UHGV virus genome: UHGV-0318018
Source: a virus
DNA length: 11,661 bases
Reading direction: 5' to 3' (one strand)
Part shown: piece by piece, positions 1 through 5,382 of the stretch
Position numbering within the stretch: position 1 is the stretch's first letter
Layout: every line of letters begins with the position of its first letter
Program-made: the position numbers and the translations under genes
Notes under the pieces: generated by a model
What the model saw: only the letters and a program-made list of their open reading frames with translations
The model's database searches: none
Told to the model about the DNA's origin: nothing

Positions 1-23
1 TTGTTGCTGATAATGGCGAACAT

Positions 24-692
24 ATGGACTTCATTGCCGCAAATCAATGCCGGAGTCAGCCGGATGACGCAAAGCGGATAGAGTGTTATGACAAAGCTGT
101 AACTCCAACACGCACCAAAACATTAGAAAAGTTTGAAAGCAGGGATCAATGCAGGGATGAGGCGTGGGAGAAAAAAAGGCTGTCTTGCTATGATCGTTTT
201 TTTTCTCCAACATTTACTAATGCCAAGGTTGACAATGTACATAAAGACAGTAGGGATGTTGGGGACTGGAAAGTTGATATAAAAACATCTCCAATCGATG
301 ACTCTAAAAATGTTGTTATCTTTGTGAATGGTAATGATTCTTTTAGGTCCCCGTTTGGAGACAACATAACTCCAACTCTTTATATTGCGTGTAGGGAAAA
401 TAAAACAGAGCTGTTTATAGATTGGGATGTATACTTGGGGCTGAGTGAAACTACGATGATTCATCGAATAGATAAACAAAAAGCCATAAACAGAAAGTGG
501 TCTATTTCAACAAATACAAAGGCCGTCTTTTATGATGGTAATGTGATTGATTTTATAAGAAAGTTACAAAGTGGTAATCAGTTATTTGCTCAGATAACCC
601 CATATAGTGAAAGTCCGGTGAGCACAACCTTTAATCTCAAAGGTCTTTCTGAAGTTATTAAACCATTACAAGAATCATGTAACTGGAAATAG
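24..692 (+). CDS. Hypothetical protein in an AT-rich accessory gene; possibly 5'-truncated by the window edge
   Basis: 222-codon ORF, stop TAG at 690-692. The frame is open from position 3, so the true start may lie upstream. Composition is visibly more AT-rich than the phage tail genes. Contains a duplicated motif C-x9-R-[IL]-x-C-Y-D (CRSQPDDAKRIECYD and CRDEAWEKKRLSCYD). No family recognised by eye. Confidence 0.5.
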   Translation: MDFIAANQCRSQPDDAKRIECYDKAVTPTRTKTLEKFESRDQCRDEAWEKKRLSCYDRFFSPTFTNAKVDNVHKDSRDVGDWKVDIKTSPIDDSKNVVIFVNGNDSFRSPFGDNITPTLYIACRENKTELFIDWDVYLGLSETTMIHRIDKQKAINRKWSISTNTKAVFYDGNVIDFIRKLQSGNQLFAQITPYSESPVSTTFNLKGLSEVIKPLQESCNWK

Positions 693-719
693 CTATTGGT
701 GTTGTTTTCCGAATAATAA

Positions 720-752
720 CCCCGCGATTGTATATAGCGGGGTTATTATTTT
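720..752. terminator. Bidirectional rho-independent terminator between convergent genes
   Basis: Stem CCCCGC (720-725) pairs with GCGGGG (737-742) around an 11-nt loop, followed by TTATTATTTT (743-752) on + and a T-rich run on the - strand. Sits between the stop of the 24-692 ORF and the stop of the 770-1066 ORF. Confidence 0.5.
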
Positions 753-769
753 GGCCTGATTGTCAGGTA

Positions 770-1066
770 TCAGCCATATTTGCGGGCGAAATCTTCATCT
801 GAGGTGCATAGATAGATAAAAAATTCAATAAAAGCCACGATTGCCGGGATAAATGTCCAGCAAAAAATAAGGTAAAGAAATCCCTGCCCCACTTTACCTA
901 AATAAAATTTGTGTGCACCAAGACCACCTAAAAAGAAAGCCAGTAGTGCGGCTGTCATTCTGCTTTTTGAACTTGCTGTTCTTTGAGGTGCTCCACAATT
1001 GGGGCAGGATGTGGCATCTTTATGTATTTCCTTGCCGCATCCGCGGCAAAATACCATTTCACTCAT
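770..1066 (-). CDS. Small membrane protein with N-terminal zinc-ribbon (CxxC...CxxC) and TM2-like hydrophobic C-terminal domain
   Basis: 98-codon ORF. N-terminus CRGCG...CPNCG is a C4 zinc ribbon, followed by two hydrophobic segments (LLAFFLGGLGAHKFYLG and LYLIFCWTFIPAIVAFIEFFIYL). SD-like AAGGA sits 7 nt upstream of the ATG at 1066. Confidence 0.6.
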   Translation of the reverse strand: MSEMVFCRGCGKEIHKDATSCPNCGAPQRTASSKSRMTAALLAFFLGGLGAHKFYLGKVGQGFLYLIFCWTFIPAIVAFIEFFIYLCTSDEDFARKYG

Positions 1067-1170
1067 AAAGAGTTCCTTTCAAATTTAAACAAGCGTTAAG
1101 CCCACCACTCTTACTGGCGGGCCTCAATTTAAATTTGGGTGCCACTTCGACCTTACCCTGGCAACCGATT

Positions 1171-1192
1171 GACGGGGGATTGCTCCCCCGTC
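1171..1192. other. Perfect 9-bp stem hairpin (GACGGGGGA-TTGC-TCCCCCGTC) in the hok 3' flank
   Basis: Read directly from the sequence. Followed on + by GCGGTTTCC. Could be a transcript 3' structure of the hok mRNA or a terminator; function not established. Confidence 0.3.
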
Positions 1193-1201
1193 GCGGTTTC
1201 C

Positions 1202-1342
1202 TTACTGCTTACACTGTAAGAACGCCGCAAACTCCGCTCCCCAGAAGCTCATCCGTATTTCGCACAGCGAACCGTGCAGCATCCAGATGATGAGGATTGC
1301 CGTCACGCAGAACGTGATGGCCGTAAGCGATTTTTGCGACAT
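1202..1342 (-). CDS. hok: Hok/Gef-family type I toxin (small membrane-depolarising peptide)
   Basis: Hand translation of the - strand gives ATG(1342-1340) MSQKSLTAITFCVTAILIIWMLHGSLCEIRMSFWGAEFAAFLQCKQ stop TAA(1204-1202), 46 aa. It has an N-terminal TM helix followed by the SLCEIR motif and an E-x-AAF C-terminal region typical of Hok/HokA-E peptides. AAGGAG SD lies 8 nt upstream. It is absent from the ORF track because it is under 60 aa. Confidence 0.6.
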   Translation of the reverse strand: MSQKSLTAITFCVTAILIIWMLHGSLCEIRMSFWGAEFAAFLQCKQ

Positions 1343-1472
1343 AGCACTTGCTCCTTTTCCGGAGAGGCGCTAACCTTTCACTTGTCAAGGTAATGCGGTT
1401 AGGGCCTCGGTTAAACAGAAATGTTTTCCGGGGCCTTTCCACATCTGGCCTTCGGGTATTCCCTCCGACCAT
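1209..1472 (-). CDS. mok-like overlapping reading frame (modulation of killing) covering the hok gene in another frame
   Basis: 87-codon ORF that starts 130 nt upstream of the hok ATG and ends 7 nt before the hok stop, in a different frame. This geometry matches the mok/hok arrangement of plasmid R1. The sequence itself is not conserved enough to confirm. Confidence 0.3.
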   Translation of the reverse strand: MVGGNTRRPDVERPRKTFLFNRGPNRITLTSERLAPLRKRSKCYVAKIAYGHHVLRDGNPHHLDAARFAVRNTDELLGSGVCGVLTV

Positions 1473-1532
1473 CAGCCGAAAGGCACCCGCGCGTAATCTA
1501 TCGCTTTTTTGTTACTCCGGCAATTCTGTTAG

Positions 1533-1793
1533 TTAATTCTGAGATAAAGGCAAACTCATCTGATTGTTTCCCCTGTGTGAAGCTGGCAGCTCATGCCACG
1601 GGATACCTTCTGAAGAGTGAACGCCGGAGGCGTGTTTTGATGTGAATTTATGGAAAGCTTCCAGTGTTGAGAAGCATACGCCGCATTCCAGGTTGTTACA
1701 CTGGTAATACTTTTGCCGCACGGTGTTTGAATCATTTTCCGGACGACTGGTGCGGATACGGGCAGATGCGCCACAAAGCGGACAACGGAACAT
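1533..1793 (-). CDS. ogr: Ogr/Delta-family zinc-finger late transcription activator
   Basis: 86 aa beginning MFRCPLCG...YYQCNNLECGVCF, with the four Cys of the Ogr zinc finger at positions 4, 7, 32 and 37. Strong SD AAGGGAGG sits 5 nt upstream of the ATG at 1793. Lies immediately downstream of gpD as in P2. Confidence 0.85.
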   Translation of the reverse strand: MFRCPLCGASARIRTSRPENDSNTVRQKYYQCNNLECGVCFSTLEAFHKFTSKHASGVHSSEGIPWHELPASHRGNNQMSLPLSQN

Positions 1794-1835
1794 AGCGACC
1801 TCCCTTAACGTGGTGCTGCTGCTATTCTAAGTTGC

Positions 1836-2945
1836 TCACTCTGTTTCTGCTATCCATTCCGGGATTTTTGCCTCAAGCTCAAGCTGCGTGGTAAAGCCGC
1901 TGTTATCGATGGTGTGCTCGGCTTTTGCAATAATCCAGTCCTGATTATCAATCTCGCTTTTAAATCCTGTTACCGTGCCATGCATTTCGGGGTAGAGTTC
2001 TGCACGACCACGTGCCAGCGTGATGGAGAATGATGCGGCTCCGCGTTGTAGCTGCTGCCACTTTGCCGCCGCTGCGCGTCTTGCTGCCTGCTCGTTCTGA
2101 TAAGTCTTGCGTAACACAAACACATTGCCTTCCGCGCCTTCCATATAATCACCTTCACGGCTGCTGCTTTTCTCCTTTTTGGGTTTTGGCGGTTTGCGGC
2201 GTTTCACGCTGACTTTTTTCTTTTTCCCGTAATTAAGATCAAGCCAGTAAGCGCGTACCCCCGTATACGCCTCGCGGTCAGCAATGCGGAACTGATGGCG
2301 ATCGCCGCTACTGCGTGTGATGGCGAACGATGGCAACGGCTGGCCCTGTGCGTTCACGCCACCGCCGGGCATGATGAATAACAGATTACCGCTTTTTACC
2401 GTGGTGATTGCGCCCAGCATTTCCGCCATGCGCGTAAGGAAGGACATGTCACTTTCTTCGGTCTGGTCGGCGTGGTCGATTTCGATATCCATCAGCATTT
2501 CGCTGATTTGCGGTTTCAGACCGTACCGATGAGCGATGGCGGATACCACACGCTCAACGGTCACATCATGCCAGGACACCTCACGTTTAACGTTAAATTC
2601 ATCCCGAAAATCTGCGCTTCTGGCTGAAACAGTCAGCCTGTCCGGCGGTCCTTCGTGAGCGATTTCATCAACAATGTAAGTGCCTTTTTCTGTCAGCGGT
2701 TCTCCTTTCCAGCCAATGAGAACCGTCAGGCGCGCGCCCCGTGGCGGTAGCTGCAACTGACCATCTGCATCATCCAGCGTGATGGTGAGCTGGTCTGCTT
2801 CAAATCCCCGGTTGTCGGTCAGTGACAGGCTCATCAGGCGCTCTGCCACGCCTGACAGCGTTTTACCCTCCGCGAGAATATCAAAATCCGGCATTTTCAC
2901 GGGGTCTGTGCTCTGACTGAGCAATTGCATGGTGGTGTCGGTCAT
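1836..2945 (-). CDS. P2 gpD-like tail protein (late control gene D family)
   Basis: Long ORF 1836-2966. The preferred start is the ATG at 2945 (MTDTTMQLL...), preceded by GGGAGGG at 5-nt spacing. Size (about 369 aa) and position next to ogr match P2 gpD. Contains an unusual Lys/Arg-rich patch GKKKKVSVKRRKPPKPKKEK. Confidence 0.85.
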   Translation of the reverse strand: MTDTTMQLLSQSTDPVKMPDFDILAEGKTLSGVAERLMSLSLTDNRGFEADQLTITLDDADGQLQLPPRGARLTVLIGWKGEPLTEKGTYIVDEIAHEGPPDRLTVSARSADFRDEFNVKREVSWHDVTVERVVSAIAHRYGLKPQISEMLMDIEIDHADQTEESDMSFLTRMAEMLGAITTVKSGNLLFIMPGGGVNAQGQPLPSFAITRSSGDRHQFRIADREAYTGVRAYWLDLNYGKKKKVSVKRRKPPKPKKEKSSSREGDYMEGAEGNVFVLRKTYQNEQAARRAAAAKWQQLQRGAASFSITLARGRAELYPEMHGTVTGFKSEIDNQDWIIAKAEHTIDNSGFTTQLELEAKIPEWIAETE

Positions 2946-3101
2946 CTTTCCCTCCCTGTGCGGCATGGTCGCATGTGCGTGCGGAGGGGGTTACTGCTTT
3001 TTGTTGTCGCCGTGGCGGGAGAACGGCGCAGGGGTGAGATTACGCGCGTGGTGGGTGATGATTGTTGCCGAATCATTTAACGGATACAAGGGGCTGAAGC
3101 T
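2946..3101. promoter_or_regulatory. Divergent intergenic region expected to carry promoters for D-ogr (leftward) and the FI-U operon (rightward)
   Basis: 156-bp gap between divergent start codons, each with a good SD. No exact Ogr box (TGT-N12-ACA) was found by eye, so promoter positions are not assigned. Confidence 0.35.
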
Positions 3102-4286
3102 ATGAGTGAAACTCGTTTTCATGGTGCCCGTGTCACGGAAAGTACCGACCTGGTAACAGCGGTTAATGATGTTGATTCCAGCGTTATCGGTATCGTGGCA
3201 ACGGCGGATGATGCGGATGCGGAGCTGTTCCCGCTGAACAAGCCCACACTGCTGACCCGCGTCAATGACGTGCTGGGAAAATGCGGTACTACGGGGACGC
3301 TTTATCGTGCGCTTAAGGCTATCGCAGACCAGGTGAGCACAAAGGTGATCGTCGTTCGCGTGGCTGAACACAAAAAAGAAGGCGGTAAGACGCAGGATCA
3401 ACTGGTTATCGGTGGTTCTGAGGATGACGGCAGCTATACGGGGATGTATGCGCTGCTTGTTGCAGAGCAGGATGAAAGCATCGGATACCGTCCGCGCATT
3501 CTGGCTGCGCCGGAGCTGGACACGGAGGCGGTGACAAAATCTCTGTGCGTGATTGCAGGTAAACTGCGCGCGTTTGTGTATGCCTCATGTCATGGCTGTG
3601 ACACGATGGCCGAGGCAATTACCTACCGCCAGAAATTCAACGAACGTGAGGTGATGCTCTTATGGCCGGACTTTATCGCCTACAACCCGAAAAGTGGCAA
3701 AAACGAAACGTTCCCCGCGCCTGCCTATGCGTGCGGCCTTCGTGCGTACATTGACCATGAGCAGGGCTGGCACAAATCGCTGTCCAACGTTCCGGTTAAA
3801 AATGTGCTGGGGATGTCCAGGCATGTGTTCTGGTCGTTGCAGGCCGAAGACAGTGATGCCAACAGCCTCAACAACAAAGAAATCACGACCATTATTCGTC
3901 GCAACGGGTTCCGCTTCTGGGGCAACCGCACACCGGAAACGAACGCCTACATCTTTGAGGTGTATACCCGAACCGCACAGGTGCTGGCTGATTCAATTGC
4001 GGAAGCGCAGTTTGAAACCATCGACAGTCCACTGACGCCTGCGAATGTGAAGGATGTTATCAGTGCCATCAGGGCAAAACTGGATTCACTGGTTACTGCC
4101 GGGAAACTGATTGGGGCGTCGTGCTGGTATGACGTGGTGGATAACGGCACCACGAATTTACGTCAGGGGCGCGTGCGTATTCGCTACAAATATACGCCTG
4201 TTCCCCCGCTGGAAGACATGGAGCTTTACCAGTCGTTTACTGATGAATTCTTTGGTCCCGCATTTGCGGTGCTGGGAGGTGCCTGA
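3102..4286 (+). CDS. Contractile tail sheath protein (P2 gpFI family)
   Basis: 394 aa. Conserved sheath blocks visible, e.g. DADAE.FPLNKP, KLRAF.Y, WPDF.A, EQGWHK.LSNV, IRR.GFRFWGNRT, NYTRTAQV, YTPVPPLE. AAGGGG SD upstream of the ATG. Confidence 0.9.
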   Translation: MSETRFHGARVTESTDLVTAVNDVDSSVIGIVATADDADAELFPLNKPTLLTRVNDVLGKCGTTGTLYRALKAIADQVSTKVIVVRVAEHKKEGGKTQDQLVIGGSEDDGSYTGMYALLVAEQDESIGYRPRILAAPELDTEAVTKSLCVIAGKLRAFVYASCHGCDTMAEAITYRQKFNEREVMLLWPDFIAYNPKSGKNETFPAPAYACGLRAYIDHEQGWHKSLSNVPVKNVLGMSRHVFWSLQAEDSDANSLNNKEITTIIRRNGFRFWGNRTPETNAYIFEVYTRTAQVLADSIAEAQFETIDSPLTPANVKDVISAIRAKLDSLVTAGKLIGASCWYDVVDNGTTNLRQGRVRIRYKYTPVPPLEDMELYQSFTDEFFGPAFAVLGGA

Positions 4287-4798
4287 TGGCTGTACCAAAA
4301 CATCTTCGCTTTTTTACGCTGTTTGTGGATGGTGAAAACGAAGTGGGTAAGGTGACGTCCGTCACTCTACCTAAGCTGACGCGCAAAACCGACAGCTACC
4401 GGGGTGGTGGCATGATGGGTGCGGTAAGTATTGATCTCGGTCTGGACGACTCCGCGCTTGATGCGAGCTTTGTCATGGGGGGCGCAGTTCGTGAGCTGTT
4501 CCTTAAGTATGGCGGCACGATTGACGGCACGCTGCTGCGTTTTGCGGGTGAATACTACACCGATGCAGAAAGCGACCTGTATGAAGTCGAAATGCGCGGA
4601 CGTGTGACGGAAATTGATATGGGGGAAGCCAAACAGGGCGAAGCCACATCACACAATTACGCCATTAAAAACACCTACTACAAGCTGAGTGTTAACGATC
4701 GCCCGTTGTGGGAGATTGACCTGCTGAACTTCATTTACCGGAAGGACGGCAAGGACATTGTGCCCGATCGCATCCGTTCCGCGCTCGGGCTTGGCTGA
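4286..4798 (+). CDS. Tail tube protein (P2 gpFII family)
   Basis: 170 aa. The start overlaps the FI stop by 1 nt (TGATG), with GGGAGG SD. Motifs VTLPKLTRK..YRG.GM and LRFAG.Y are typical of FII tube proteins. Confidence 0.9.
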   Translation: MAVPKHLRFFTLFVDGENEVGKVTSVTLPKLTRKTDSYRGGGMMGAVSIDLGLDDSALDASFVMGGAVRELFLKYGGTIDGTLLRFAGEYYTDAESDLYEVEMRGRVTEIDMGEAKQGEATSHNYAIKNTYYKLSVNDRPLWEIDLLNFIYRKDGKDIVPDRIRSALGLG

Positions 4799-4852
4799 TA
4801 AGTAATATGCAGGCGGCGCAGTGCGTCGCCTCTGACTGAAAGGAGTTTCCTG

Positions 4853-5218
4853 ATGAAAGAGACGAAAAACATCGATACCGAAAACACGGTAGTTACTGAC
4901 ACTGTGAAAGAAACCAGTGAGCGTGGCGTAAAACTTACCCAACCAATTGAGCGAGGCGGCGAAAAAATCACGTATGTGGAGATCACCGGGGCTATTGAGC
5001 AGGCTGGATCTCTGCGAGATTTGTCGCTGTCTGATGTGCTGAATCTGAAAGCGGAATCCATGTTTACGCTGCTGTCACGCGTGACATCACCGCGACTGGA
5101 TGAAGTGACGATCAAAAAAATGGCATCCCGTGACTTTATTCAGTTATGTGTGGTTGCCGTAAATTTTTTGAGCGGTGCGGACTCTGGCGGGAAGAACGAA
5201 CAGGCGACGGAAGCCTGA
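4853..5218 (+). CDS. Tail assembly chaperone gpE (zero-frame product)
   Basis: 121-codon ORF with AAAGGAG SD 7 nt upstream. It sits between the tube and tape measure genes and carries a slippery TTTTTTG near its 3' end, as in P2 E. Confidence 0.7.
   Translation: MKETKNIDTENTVVTDTVKETSERGVKLTQPIERGGEKITYVEITGAIEQAGSLRDLSLSDVLNLKAESMFTLLSRVTSPRLDEVTIKKMASRDFIQLCVVAVNFLSGADSGGKNEQATEA
5164..5170 (+). other. Programmed -1 ribosomal frameshift slippery heptamer TTTTTTG (E to E')
   Basis: T TTT TTG in the E frame (codons NFL). The -1 frame continues open to the TGA at 5380-5382. The same heptamer mediates the E/E' frameshift in P2. Confidence 0.6.
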
Positions 5219-5382
5219 TCACGGTTGTGTGCTTTGAGCACATAGAAGACTTTGTGGCGGATATTGCCGCCATTTTTAACTGGTCGCCCGCCGAAATCTT
5301 CATGATGACGCCCGGCGAAGTGGTTAGCTGGCGTGAGCGGGCGGCACTTCGCAGCGGGAATGCAGACAATGAAGACTCTTGA
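5170..5382 (+). CDS. E' extension; the fusion product E+E' is made by a -1 frameshift at 5164-5170
   Basis: The -1 frame is open from the slippery site to 5382 (ERCGLWREE...FVADIAAIFNWSPAEIF...LRSGNADNEDS). This is the G/GT-like chaperone arrangement upstream of the tape measure gene. Confidence 0.6.
   Translation, partial: ERCGLWREERTGDGSLITVVCFEHIEDFVADIAAIFNWSPAEIFMMTPGEVVSWRERAALRSGNADNEDS

Noticed and set aside
1067-1201. Possible tRNA or attachment-site core in the GC-rich gap between the TM2 gene and hok
   Set aside because: Two hairpins are present (1100-1122 and 1171-1192), but no cloverleaf with acceptor/T-arm features could be built by eye and I recognised no known P2 or 186 att core. 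It is treated as hok 3' UTR/terminator structure.
1348-1645. + strand ORFs 1348-1536 and 1421-1645, opposite hok/mok and the ogr 3' end
   Set aside because: No RBS and low-complexity products. The + strand here is more plausibly non-coding, possibly the Sok-like antisense region, than protein-coding.
2946-3101. Ogr-dependent late promoter box TGT-N12-ACA upstream of FI
   Set aside because: TGT triplets are present at 2974, 3002, 3005 and 3063, but none is followed by ACA after 12 nt. The region is kept only as a generic divergent promoter region.
2991-3401. 136-codon ORF on the - strand overlapping the FI start and the divergent intergenic region
   Set aside because: It is antisense to the conserved tail sheath N-terminus, has no SD and no recognisable motifs. 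It would also occupy the region that must hold the FI and D promoters.
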